Positions 36,001 through 45,910 of a DNA stretch of 64,000 bases are shown one piece after another. Origin of the DNA: Malassezia furfur. Its lineage: Eukaryota. The notes below the pieces were generated by a model. That model was not told the DNA's origin. It was given only the letters and a program-made list of their open reading frames with translations, and made no database searches. The DNA is taken from NCBI GenBank assembly GCA_052055015.1, contig JBQJIT010000015.1; one strand, 5' to 3'. Each line of letters starts with the position of its first letter. The stretch's first letter is position 1. A program made the translations under genes and the position numbers.

Positions 36001-37929
36001 CACGAGGACGAGGCGCTCGCCAAGGTGCGCTGGGAAAAGGCCGAGGAGCGCCGTGCACGCAAGGCGCTCGCGGACAAGAACGAGGAAAAGATCTCGCGCG
36101 AGCAGTCCAGCGCGTCGCTCTACTGGCTCTACATGGGCGCAGTGGCGAAGCGCACGGGCGTCGCCGTGGTCATTTGGCTGGTGCTGGCGGCCTTCTACGT
36201 GAGCATCCGTGCGGTGGACGTGGGCAGCGGCGCATGGCTTCGCAACTGGGCGCGCTCTTACGAGCACGCCTCCGAGACGATTGACGCCCTGATGGGCGAG
36301 GACCAGACGTGGTACTACATGAAGGGCTACGCGCTGATTGTCGGCGGCTTCATCGTGCTCAGCTTTGTGTGTGATGTGCTGCAGTACCAGGCTTCGCTGC
36401 AGGCTTCTGCAAGCCTGTACAACCGCTTGATCCGCGCATTGCTCTTTGCCAAGCCGCAGTTCTACGACAAGACGCCGATCGGACGCATCACCAACCGCCT
36501 GTCGCGCGACATGGAGGAGGTCGACCAAGAGCTGTCGCCGGTCATGCAAATGTCGGTGGAAAACCTCATCTCGCTCGTGGCAATCATTGCCGTGATCTGC
36601 TGGGCCGCCCCCAAATTCCTGCTCGTCCTCTGGCTCGTGTTGGCGATGTACATCACCATCGGTGCGTTGTACCTCGCCTCGTCCCGCGACCTGAAACGCA
36701 TCGAGAGCGTGCAGCGCTCGCCACTGTACACGCTCGTCGGCGAGACCATCTCGGGCATGGTCACCATCCGCGGGTACAGCGACTGTGAGCGCGTCATCCG
36801 CCAGTGCCTCGTGCTCGTCGACAAGTGGAACCGTGCATTCCTGTTCCTGTGGTACGAGAACCGCTGGCTGAGCATCTGCTGTGACGTCTCTGGCGCGGGC
36901 GTCACGCTGCTTGCTGCGCTCTTCCTGCTGTTCGGTAGCGCCGACGCGGCGCTTGCCGGCTTTACGCTGTCGTACGCTATCACGCTCGTGGATGTGGTGC
37001 TGTGGCTCGTGCGTCTCTATTCGGTGGTCGAGATCAACATGAACTCGGTGGAGCGCGTGGGCGAGTACATCCGCATCACCCCAGAGCGCCACGGCGGTAC
37101 GCTGCCGCCCGCCCACTGGCCCACCGACTCGGGCTCCATCGAGGTCCGTGAGCTGTCCGTGCGCTACGGCCCTGAATTCCCGCTTGCCCTGACCGGTGTG
37201 ACCTTCACCATCGCCCCGGGCGAAAAGGTAGGCATTGTCGGGCGCACAGGCAGCGGCAAATCCACGCTGTCGCTCGCCTTTTTCCGTTTCCTGGAGGCCG
37301 AGTCGGGCTCGATCGTCATCGACGGGATCGACATCGGCACCATCACGCTCGAGGCACTCCGCCGCCGGTTGACCATTATCCCGCAAGACTCACAGCTGTT
37401 CAAGGGCACGGTGCGCATGAACCTCGACCCGATCGGCGTATACGACGACGGGGATATGTGGTTTGCGCTGCAGCGCTGCCAGCTGGCCTCGGGGTCAAAC
37501 GACGGACCGTTTGCGCCCGACGCCAACAGCGTCATCAAGTCACTCGATGATCCCGTCGAGCAGGGCGGCGCCAACTTTAGTGCCGGCCAGCGCCAGCTCC
37601 TGTCGTTGGCGCGCGGCCTGCTCAAGATGCGCGAGTCGCGTGTTCTGATCCTGGACGAGAGCACCGCCAACTTGGACAGCGAGTCGGACGCTCTCATCCA
37701 ACGCACCATCCGCGAGCACATGGCACCTGGTGCAACGATCCTCACTGTGGCCCACCGCCTCAAGACGATCATCGACTACGACAAGGTGCTCGTACTCGAC
37801 AAGGGCAAGGTACTCGAGTACGACTCGCCCGCGAACCTCCTCGCCAAGGAGTCTTCGTCGTTCTACCAGCTATGTTCCCAGAGTGGCGACCTCGACCTGC
37901 TCAAGGACATGGCCGGGAAAAAGGTGTAA
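33091..37929 (+). CDS. ABCC/MRP-type ABC transporter, paralogue of 24579..29256
   Basis: 1612 aa with an N-terminal membrane region and two TMD-NBD halves (GPVGAGKS, LSGGQ, GRTGSGKST). Confidence 0.93.
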   Translation: MRAAEAAYAALGRPCWLDPFGSLDWTPCFRAVVLNGALPYAVLACSAIAWVSAVVVDKNKRREHFAREVAQLNPESSNFYQTFPESSETTPLAPQPTTAAERVFQTENAVVIDAALSIKEDLTSRATAEHIERQHHTKRLLESFGSLLLALTHVLGIALHVEDESTWLLYWAYATALAVYSMWMQRAFFVQKTVISTVYLIVTLSNLRTMLLLGVPRNQWVLAVVQTVLAFGMAALSYLSPLTQRPPGKLTALYETMHKRTLYDELRTAMPTPPRLASDEIAPSYSSRDDPLPPPEQHASLLSRALFTFVQPAIIKYFSQPIKLADVPQVLLGDRAAAVVALFRTSEKPDVKNRAALWVRLVKFFLPLFAYQSFCSLISTILTIVPVFFLSRLLNFFSQLAENGDAPLHMGVLFALGMFTSQTLHSVFMSQALMTGRHVCVQLRALLTFEILSKTMRRSMSFKTPTDAPAEGEESPAPVEEGAAGKSGPASDGQVTNLVSVDVNRVSEFAAYTHFIVPEQPLSVVLSIAYLVMLLERSAVVGLFLLIIGLPLQAWITRVLVHVQERMLHATDERMNLATEVLACIKTVKFFAWEKPFEARMEQTRTNELRLLRLNFFFSILNHLTFIGIPMLVTMATFGAHTLVFHQPLTAETAFTALALFNTLRRPLADLPGMIHWLLNAVVSVRRIDHYLQEPDMEKYEQLLANVSEDAAYNPPVHTKIGFVHATFTYGDDGFALDDLDCLFPVGEISCVIGPVGAGKSSLLLALMGELHRVRGTTRMPCPLARLLLEPDPQTGLIESVAYCSQSAWLLGTTVRQNILFGSAYDEQRYREVLKACALETDLDILEYHDETEVGEKGTSLSGGQKARIALARAFYSRAKHILIDDALSAVDAHTARHLVERCFRGPLAKGRTIILVTHAVTLMLPCSSFAIVMDGGRITAQGKPATLLAQGKIREATSAQAASEDAEETHEDEALAKVRWEKAEERRARKALADKNEEKISREQSSASLYWLYMGAVAKRTGVAVVIWLVLAAFYVSIRAVDVGSGAWLRNWARSYEHASETIDALMGEDQTWYYMKGYALIVGGFIVLSFVCDVLQYQASLQASASLYNRLIRALLFAKPQFYDKTPIGRITNRLSRDMEEVDQELSPVMQMSVENLISLVAIIAVICWAAPKFLLVLWLVLAMYITIGALYLASSRDLKRIESVQRSPLYTLVGETISGMVTIRGYSDCERVIRQCLVLVDKWNRAFLFLWYENRWLSICCDVSGAGVTLLAALFLLFGSADAALAGFTLSYAITLVDVVLWLVRLYSVVEINMNSVERVGEYIRITPERHGGTLPPAHWPTDSGSIEVRELSVRYGPEFPLALTGVTFTIAPGEKVGIVGRTGSGKSTLSLAFFRFLEAESGSIVIDGIDIGTITLEALRRRLTIIPQDSQLFKGTVRMNLDPIGVYDDGDMWFALQRCQLASGSNDGPFAPDANSVIKSLDDPVEQGGANFSAGQRQLLSLARGLLKMRESRVLILDESTANLDSESDALIQRTIREHMAPGATILTVAHRLKTIIDYDKVLVLDKGKVLEYDSPANLLAKESSSFYQLCSQSGDLDLLKDMAGKKV

Positions 37930-38121
37930 GCCGTGTCGCCGTTTCCTACGTTTCTCCCTTACGCATCCCCCGCCCGCTCCTTGCCGCCGCGCCATGTGCG
38001 TGCGTCCCTTAGTGTCTTGGAATAAATGGATTTGTCAGCAACACGAACGTGCCCATCCGCCGCAACGTCCGTGCAGTCGGGGAACCGCGCTCGTGGTGAT
38101 CTCCGCGGCTTTGTGTAGGAA

Positions 38122-38862
38122 ATGAGCTCGTCCTTGTTTCTCGCTCGCAGCGCCAGCATCCCCATGGCCCGGATGTACGGGCGCACGGCGATCCAGACCC
38201 CGCTCCTGCGGTCGCTCAATGTCGTGGGCAAAGCCCCCGTCCGCCACGCCTTGCCAAGCCGCTGTATGCCGCACCTGCGCACGCTCGCGACAGGTTCTAC
38301 GCCCCCACCGGCACCTGAACCCACGCGCGCAACGGCTGCAGACATTACCAAGCCGCCCACCCCCGAGTTTGAGGAGCAACCGAAGGGTGGGTTCCGCCAG
38401 CGGCTGCGCATAATTATGACCCGGTATGGATGGTGGGCCGTGGGCGTATACCTTGCGGTAGGCATGGTGGATCTGAGCGTGGTATTTGGATGCGTCCACT
38501 ACTACGGTGGCGAAAAGGTCCGCGAGATGGAGCACACCGTGCGCGGATGGATCGGTTTGGCCAAAAAGGAGGTCGACGATGCCCTCCCGAGCACGCCCTC
38601 GCCGGACACCGAAAAGCCACGACCACTGGTCGCCCCACAGCACGACTCGACCGACATGCAAAAGCTCATCACGCAGCTCTCTGCCGAGTTCGTGTTGGCC
38701 TATGGAATCCACAAAACGCTCCTGCTTCCGCCCCGCGCCGCCATCACAGCCGCCATCACTCCCTCGGTTGTGCGCTGGTTGGCACGGAGAGGATGGAAGC
38801 GAGCAATGCGGGCGGCAGTAGGACCAACGACCACCCATGCAACCAGGCAAGCAGCGCAGTAA
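38122..38862 (+). CDS. Mitochondrial DUF1279/FAM210 (Nat2-like) protein
   Basis: Presequence-like N-terminus, RYGWWAVGVYL and EFVLAYGIHKTLLLPPRAAITAAITP. Confidence 0.85.
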   Translation: MSSSLFLARSASIPMARMYGRTAIQTPLLRSLNVVGKAPVRHALPSRCMPHLRTLATGSTPPPAPEPTRATAADITKPPTPEFEEQPKGGFRQRLRIIMTRYGWWAVGVYLAVGMVDLSVVFGCVHYYGGEKVREMEHTVRGWIGLAKKEVDDALPSTPSPDTEKPRPLVAPQHDSTDMQKLITQLSAEFVLAYGIHKTLLLPPRAAITAAITPSVVRWLARRGWKRAMRAAVGPTTTHATRQAAQ

Positions 38863-39002
38863 ATGTGTTTTGGAAAGGGTAGCAATCGCCTTGCATTTTG
38901 GGCATCATGAAATACACTCGGATCTATAGCGCGTGTGCATAGCACAAAGACTTGGACCGTTGTGCGACGGCATTATGCCGAGGTACGCATAGCGCAAAGT
39001 AT

Positions 39003-39502
39003 TTAGCGGAACTGGGTCAGAACGTCGCTCATCAGCGTACCTTGGCGAAACCAATGTCGTCGGCCTTCTCACGGAAGCACTGACGGCAGATGTTCAGGCC
39101 GTACTTGCGGACGAGACCGCCGTGGTTGCCACAGACACGGCTGCGAGGTTAGTATCGGTAAAGAATGGATACATAGCAGAGCCAATGAGGCGCGCGATGG
39201 CAGAGAGAAAAAAGTCAGGCGACGTTGCGCACGACGTTGTGCGAGCGACGACAGACTCGGATCCGACATAACGTCTTCCGAGGTCATTGCGCAGTCATTT
39301 GCAACGCACATCATACTGCCCAACGCGGAGCCTGACTGAGTTCTCATCTTCTGCCCACGCCGCCACTTGCTCGCTCTGCCTCAGCAAAACATACCACTTG
39401 CGGGAGCCCTTGCCGTAGTTACGCTAGAGACGGTCAGTACACTGCTCCGGTGCCATCGAGAGTACGTACGGGGTGCGAGAACCAAACGTTCGCGTGAGCC
39501 AT
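39003..39502 (-). CDS. RPS29: 40S ribosomal protein S29 (uS14), 56 aa; introns 39424-39469, 39141-39394, 39012-39040
   Basis: Spliced [56 protein letters not shown]. Missed by the ORF track. Confidence 0.97.
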
Positions 39503-39687
39503 CTTGCTGCTGGTTGTTACGGTGAGCAACTTCCGGACGACACGCCGCGGTTTCCTCGCGCGCCGCCGTCGCATCACGTGCAAATGTATATAGAAATCAC
39601 GTGTGTCGAAATTCGTGTGGAGGTCCCTGCGCACAATATGCGGGGTAGCTGCAGCCCGCCCAACTTTTGGGGACGCACTCCGCCAAC

Positions 39688-41179
39688 ATGTCTGGCGCTC
39701 ACCGGCCCAGTGGGCGTCGGCGAAGTGTCAGTACATCGGCCAAAGATCGTTTGCTGCGAGCAAACGGGGCTCAGATACGACCCAGATATGAGCCACTGTC
39801 GCCTTTGGTCAACGTCGTGGCGTTGGTCATCATGGTCCCGCTCACGATCGGGCTGATGGTGATGCTAGTGGGTCTCGTTGTATTTACCATCGGTACGTGT
39901 GACTCCTGATGCAGTTCCGGTTCTGGGTTTCGGTGCTTTCTTTGGTTTGCTCTGTGTATTTCCTGCCACCGTGTACAGCATTGCATGGACCGCCTATTTG
40001 CTCCATGCGCAGCAAGATCGGCCTCCTTACTCGCTTGTCGGTTCACCGGTACTGGCGCGCATGGTGCCTTATCTGCCGCTCGCTCCGCTGCGCTGCTTTA
40101 AGGTAGCTAAAGCGGCACTGTTGTACCTTGCTTCCTGCCTTTACTACCTGCCTTTTGCTAAGGAATGGCTCGTGACATATGTGCTTTACACCCGTGTTCG
40201 CAACCAGGAAGACCCGATTTATGATGGAATCCCCTACGCAATTCCCTTTACGCACCAGGTCCTTGATGTATACCCGCCTCCGCGCAAGGTTCGCGAAGGA
40301 ACGCATGCGCACAACCCCGACTTGACCAACTTTGGGACGCACCGAGGCGCGCCGGTCGTTATCCTCGTACCAGCCCCGATCATTCCTGTTCGCATGCTGA
40401 GCCACCGCAAAACGTACCTACTAATTGCCACCAAACTGCGAGCGATGGGATACTGCGTCGTCGTTCCCGACATCCAGTACTACCCGCACGTGCGCATACG
40501 CCAGTCGATCGGCGACCTGCGCCTGGCATTGAGCTGGGTGGGCGCCCACATTTCAAGCTACGGCGGCAACCCCGCCAACATCTATGCGATGGGCTTTGGA
40601 TTGTCTGCGCACCTCATCACCATTTCGTTGGTGCAAGAAGCCACGGCATTGAGTGAAGCTATTGCGCACCATACGGCGGCGACCATGGGGTTAGAGGGCG
40701 CCGAGCCGATTAACGGACTACTTCGCCAGAAAGGACTCGAAATCTACCTTCCCCAGGTCCGTCTTCCCCAGCTAGCGGGTGTAGTGCTTGTCGCGGGGCT
40801 CAGTGATGTGATCAAGGGCTATCGGCATGAGACGGAGCAAGGGATCGAGCATCTCAGCTATTTGCGTCGATGGACGGGACCTTCACACGCGCAATGCTTA
40901 CTGCATTCGCCTGCACACCTGCTGATGGAGTCGAAGAATGTCCTTGACGCGTCGTTCCTGCCCGCCAAATTTCTGCTAATCCACGGTGGAATGGACACGA
41001 CCATCCCGCTGTACCACTCGGCCCTTCTCCGCACGCTGCTCAACGATTCAGGCGTGGAAGATGTCAAAATGCGCGCCTATCGCAACTTGAAGCATTTTGA
41101 AGCGCTCGCCTGTCTCGCGGACCGCTACTCGCCGTACGCGCGCCAGGTACTCACCGATGTGCGCGAGTTTATTTCCTAG
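39688..41179 (+). CDS. Membrane alpha/beta hydrolase, prenylcysteine-methylesterase-like; intron 39893-39914
   Basis: N-terminal TMs, LDVYP, VVVPDIQYYP, YGGNPANIYAMG, LIHGGMDTTIP. The nucleophile elbow reads GFGLSAH (non-canonical). Confidence 0.7.
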
Positions 41180-41283
41180 GTGCATAGTAGTGCGTCATGG
41201 GACTACCGGAATTAAGGGCGACCTGTGCGCCGCCAACTTCTTCTCTCTTATCGTTGTGACTCGTACGAATCACACTTTCCTCC

Positions 41284-42473
41284 ATGTCCTCTCATCCCGT
41301 TCACCCCCAGAGCACTACGCCTGCCCCGCTCGATGCGAGCCGGCTGAAAGTTGAAAAGAACCCGAAGGCGGGCACTCCGCCGCCGCCCGAGCAGCTCGTG
41401 TTCGGCCAGACGTTCACGGACCACATGCTCGTCGTCCCGTGGACCGCCGAGGGCGGCTGGGGCGAGCCCAAGATCCAGGCATACAGCCCGTTGTCGCTGC
41501 AGCCGAGCTCGGTTATTTTCCACTATGCGCCCTCGCTGTTCGAGGGTCTGAAGGCGTACAAAAACCCCAAGGGCGAAGTGCGTCTGTTCCGTCCGGACAT
41601 GAACGCGGCGCGCATGAACCGCAGTGCCGAGCGCATCTCGCTGCCGGTACGTTACCTGTACTTACTCAGACCTTCGACGGCGCTGAGCTCGTGAAGTTGC
41701 TCAAGAAGCTCGTCGAGATCGACGCCAACTGGGTGCCGGACAAGGAGGGCTACTCGCTCTACCTGCGCCCGACGCTCATCGGTACGCAGCCGTCGCTCGG
41801 TGTGGGCGAGACGAAAGAGGCACTTCTGTTTGTCATCATGTCGCCCGTGGGCCCGTACTACTCGTCGGTCGTCAAGCCCGTGGCGCTCGAGGCCAACCCG
41901 GAGCGCGTGCGTGCCTGGCCTGGCGGCACGGGCAATGCCAAGCTTGGTGCGAACTACGGCCCGTGCATTCTGCCGCAGCGCGAGGCCGCGAAGAAGGGCT
42001 ACCAGCAGAACCTGTGGCTCTTTGGTGATGAGCACTACCTCACCGAGGTCGGCACGATGAACCTGTTTGTGGTGTTGAAGAACGACGACGGAAGCTACGA
42101 AGTGGTCACCCCGCCGCTTAACGGCATGATTCTGCCGGGTGTGACGCGTGACTCGGTGCTCGGCCTGCTGCGTGCGCACGAGAGCGGCCAGTCGCCGTTG
42201 CCCAACCTGCCCAAGATCCACGTGAGCGAGCGCGAGATCAAGATGCAGGAGCTGCAGGACGCCGCGGCGCAGGACAAGCTCGTGGAGGTGTTTGGTGCGG
42301 GCACTGCGGCGGTGATCAGTCCCGTGGACCGCATCGGCTACATGGGCAAGGACATTCATGTGCCTGTCACCAGCTCGGGCTTTGGCCCCGTGGCCGAGGT
42401 GATGCTCAACACCATGTCGGCGATCCAGTGGGGCAAGGTGGAGCACCCGTGGTCGGTGCCGGTGTCGGAGTAG
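41284..42473 (+). CDS. BAT1: Branched-chain amino acid aminotransferase; intron 41647-41669
   Basis: FGQTFTDHML, FEGLKAY, LYLRPT, RAWPGGTGNAKLGANY, EVGTMN, ILPGVTRDS, FGAGTAA. Confidence 0.96.
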
Positions 42474-42504
42474 AGCGTAGCCGCACATCGTTATTAGTCA
42501 TGAA

Positions 42505-43785
42505 CTAGTACATGTCTGCAAAGAACGCCTTGGCATCCGCTTCGGTATCCAGCGTCTCGTCCGGCACCGCGAGCGTCGCCGAAGTCGCGCCGCGCCGCCG
42601 CTGCCCGGGCGGCGCCTCCTCGTCACTCGAGGCTGTGTCGTCGCTCACCTCGACGCTGCGGGCCACGGCAGGGATGTCGACCTGAACGACCGCCTCTTCG
42701 TCCACCTCCTCCTCGTCGTCGGCTTCGAGCAGCGGGCGCAAGTCGGTCAGCTTGCATTCACTCCCGTGACCCAGACTCGCAATGAAGTGGCCCTTCTTGC
42801 GCATCACCTCCACCGGCATCCCGTCGTGGTCCGCAACGATCCCCAGTAGCTTGTGCGGGAAGAGCTGCACCACACGGATTAAGCCATCTGACGAGCCCGT
42901 CAGCACTGTGTCGTCATCCAGCGTGCAGATGGCATCGACACTCGACGGATGGCCAGGGAAGCGGTCAACGTGGTCCAGCAAACCACGCGACGGCGCCCAG
43001 AGCGACAAGATGCCCAATTGTGTACCCACCACGAGCTTCTTGCCACTTCGATGAGAATAGCACGTACCCTTTAATCGCCGCAACCGACAGCAGCTCATCC
43101 TCCTGATCGTCACTCACTTCAACCGCCTTCTTCTTGGACCGCACATCGATTACACTTAACGTGCCATCTCCGCTCGTGCACACAAGCCGGCTGCGTGCAT
43201 CACGGTCTTGCGACTCATCGCGCTTCCGCTTCTGCGCGTGGTCCTTACTGCGCGTGCGCGCTGGCTCAAGGTTGGTGCACCAGAGCAGGTCAGTGATCCA
43301 GTCGGTGTGGTGGTCGAAGGACTGGAGAGGCTTGGCGTCCTCGCTAGCCAGCGCAGGGTCCCAAAGGCGCACAACGCCATTGTCGTCGCCGGTCACAAGC
43401 AAGCGAGCATCCACAGAGAGAATCCGCGAGGGTGCCGAGCTGCATCAGCAAAAGTACCAACGTACTCATGCGCCTTGTTCACGCGCTGCAGTACTTCGCC
43501 TGTGTGTGGATCGAGTGCCATGAGGGAGCCGTCCTTGAATATAGCGTAGATGCGGGATCCATCTACATCAAATGTGACACCGCGGCAGCTCTTGTGAGAC
43601 GGACGCACGCTCCACAGCCGCTTGTAACGCTTCTTGGGCGTGTCGGTTGCTGCATCCTGGTGGACAAGGGCGCTGTAATCAAACAGTTGCACTTTGCCAC
43701 TAATCAGCCCGACAGCAAGCATATGCTTGTCCTCGTCTGGATGAAACGCGACATCGAGTGCATCCGAGGACAGCGCAATGTCCAT
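42505..43785 (-). CDS. JIP5: WD40 protein Jip5/WDR55; introns 43440-43465, 43046-43067
   Basis: WD repeats (TGDDNGVVRLWD, SGDGTL), SDDQEDELLSV, TGSSDGLIR, and a terminal FFADM. Confidence 0.88.
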
Positions 43786-43896
43786 ACTGGCAACGCACCC
43801 ACGCCGACTCGCACGGTCGCAAACGAACGAGCAAGAAGGCGCTGCACGTGATAACCAACTTTTTTCCGTAGCCAAGCGGGGCTGCAGCTTGCCAGC

Positions 43897-45540
43897 ATGA
43901 GTGCCGAAAAAGAGCGGAAAGATGGCGTTGCTGAGGTGAAGGAGCGGAAGGAGAAGAAAGACAAGAAGGAGAAGAAAGACAAGAAGGAGAAGAAGGAGAA
44001 TAAGGAGAAGAAGGAGAAGAAAGAAAAGAAAGAAAAGGACGGGAGCAAAGAAACCAAGAAGGACAAGAAAGACAAGAAGAGCAAGACGGATGCGCCTGCG
44101 GCGGAGGACGCGCCCACGCCTGCGCTTGTTGCACCCAAAGCCAGTGGTGGACCGGTACGTGCACAACTAACCCAGTCGGCGAGTGAAGCGCGCGAGTTCC
44201 TTGAAAAGAACGGCATTACGATGGAGATGCCCGAAGAAAGCACGGATCGTACGCCCCTGCCCATGCTGTCGTTTGACGAGCTGAGCGGCAAGATTGATTC
44301 GCAACTCAAGGACCGCTTCGATGCTGAGGGATTCAAGAAGCCGACGCTCATTCAGTCGTGCTGCTGGCCTGTGATGCTCCAAGGCAAGGACATTGTCGGT
44401 GTCGCCGAGACCGGCTCAGGCAAGACGCTTGCATTTGGTGTGCCCGCGCTGCAGCACGTCATTGAGAACCAGTCGAACAAGAAACTGAAGAAGGCCATCC
44501 AGGTGCTCGTCATTGCGCCGACGCGCGAGCTGGCAATCCAGACGCGTGACAACCTGGCACGGGTCAGCGAGCCGCTTGGGTTCGGTACCTTTTGCCTGTA
44601 CGGCGGTGTGTCCAAGTCGGAGCAGCTGCGTTCGCTGCAGAAGAATGCGTTGCCGGTGAACATTGTGGTCGGCACGCCGGGGCGTGTTTTGGATCTGGCG
44701 CGCGATGGGTCGTTGGACCTCGGCAAGGTCAGCTTCCTAACGCTCGACGAGGCAGACCGCATGCTCGACAAGGGTTTTGAGCCGGACATTCGCGCAATCA
44801 TCAGCATGACCCAGTCGAATGACGACGGGCGCCGTACGAGCATGTTTAGTGCGACATGGCCACCGGCCGTGCGTGGGCTTGCCGAGACCTTTATGAAGTC
44901 GCCGATCCGCGTTACGGTCGGCAGCGACGAGCTCAGCGCCAACCGCAAGGTGTCTCAGGAGGTTGAGGTGCTGCAGGATGGTCGCGAAAAGGAGCGCCGT
45001 CTGAATTCGTTCCTGCGCTCGGTGAATGCGATGAAGTCCTCGGACAAGATCTTGATCTTTGCGCTGTACAAAAAGGAGGCGCAGCGCGTTGAAAACACGC
45101 TGCGCCGTTGGGGGTACCGTGTTTCGGGGATTCACGGCGACCTTAACCAGCACGACCGGATCGCGAGTCTGGAGGCCTTCAAGTCGGGCGAGACGCCCCT
45201 GCTTGTCGCCACGGACGTGGCCGCGCGTGGACTGGATATCCCGAATGTCGAGCAGGTAATCAACTATACCTTCCCGTTGACAATTGAGGACTACATTCAC
45301 CGCATCGGACGTACGGGCCGCGGTGGAAAGACAGGCAAGGCACTCACGTTCTTTACGGATGAGGACAAGGCACATGCGGGCGAGCTGATCCGTGTCCTGA
45401 AGGACGCCGACCAGCCCGTGCCCGAGGCCATGAATAAGTTCCCTACTACCATCAAGCGCAAGACGCACTCGAGCTACGGTGATCACTACAAGGAGCTCGT
45501 TCCTGGAAAAGCGAAAAAGATCACATTCGATGACGACTAG
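43897..45540 (+). CDS. DBP3: DEAD-box RNA helicase Dbp3
   Basis: KEK-rich N-terminus, AETGSGKT, DEAD, SAT, HRIGRTGR, IFALYKKEA, C-terminal KKITFDDD. Confidence 0.95.
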   Translation: MSAEKERKDGVAEVKERKEKKDKKEKKDKKEKKENKEKKEKKEKKEKDGSKETKKDKKDKKSKTDAPAAEDAPTPALVAPKASGGPVRAQLTQSASEAREFLEKNGITMEMPEESTDRTPLPMLSFDELSGKIDSQLKDRFDAEGFKKPTLIQSCCWPVMLQGKDIVGVAETGSGKTLAFGVPALQHVIENQSNKKLKKAIQVLVIAPTRELAIQTRDNLARVSEPLGFGTFCLYGGVSKSEQLRSLQKNALPVNIVVGTPGRVLDLARDGSLDLGKVSFLTLDEADRMLDKGFEPDIRAIISMTQSNDDGRRTSMFSATWPPAVRGLAETFMKSPIRVTVGSDELSANRKVSQEVEVLQDGREKERRLNSFLRSVNAMKSSDKILIFALYKKEAQRVENTLRRWGYRVSGIHGDLNQHDRIASLEAFKSGETPLLVATDVAARGLDIPNVEQVINYTFPLTIEDYIHRIGRTGRGGKTGKALTFFTDEDKAHAGELIRVLKDADQPVPEAMNKFPTTIKRKTHSSYGDHYKELVPGKAKKITFDDD

Positions 45541-45671
45541 TGTACAATGTAGAGATTAACCGCGTGACGGCCAAATAAGCAGGTACAACTGGGGCAACCG
45601 AGAGGTAGGCAAGCCCAAGGGGAGTGATTAGTGAAAAAAAAATAAAATAAAATAAAAAATGATCAAAGGGG

Positions 45672-45678
45672 AAAAAAA
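45672..45678 (-). terminator. RNA polymerase III terminator (T7) of tRNA-Lys
   Basis: Run of 7 T on the minus strand immediately 3' of the tRNA. Confidence 0.8.
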
Positions 45679-45680
45679 TA

Positions 45681-45780
45681 CTCCCAACGTGGGGCTCGAA
45701 CCCACGACATTCAGATAACTCTTCGTAACCGAAGAGACTCTTTTAAGAGTCTGACGCTCTACCGACTGAGCTAGCCGGGA
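45681..45780 (-). tRNA. tRNA-Lys(CUU) with a 27-nt intron at 37/38
   Basis: Acceptor TCCCGGC/GTTGGGA, D-arm GCTCAGTCGGTAGAGC, anticodon stem TCAGA/TCTGA with CTT, T-arm GTGGG TTCGAGC CCCAC. Length is 73+27 nt, followed by a T-run. Confidence 0.95.
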
Positions 45781-45910
45781 TGTGTTCTGCCCGTTCCGGA
45801 CGGGTGCGTAAATATAAGGTGTCTGTACCATCCCTCGCACCTTGCGCCCCAACTCCGATATCCATCTTCTGCGTAGAACGTGCTTTCTACATATATACGC
45901 GCGTGTTTGT

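Noticed and set aside
39213..39315. Possible C/D snoRNA in the RPS29 intron (ATGATGT...GCAACGTCGC-CTGA, 10-nt match to LSU rRNA GCGACGUUGC)
   Set aside because: The C box is imperfect, and the D box and guide are buried in the long hairpin. I know of no methylation at the predicted site. Not excluded, but the hairpin explanation is better supported.
43930..44085. AAG/GAG-rich repeat in DBP3
   Set aside because: Ordinary KKE/KKD tract of nucleolar helicases.
45717..45751. Hairpins in the tRNA intron (CTCTTCG-GTTA-CGAAGAG; AAGAG pairing with the anticodon loop)
   Set aside because: Anticodon-intron pairing is normal for eukaryotic pre-tRNAs.
45628..45910. ORF-track C-terminal extension of fimbrin through the tRNA
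   Set aside because: Artefact of the unspliced 23-nt intron 45928-45950. The spliced CDS stops at 45911.
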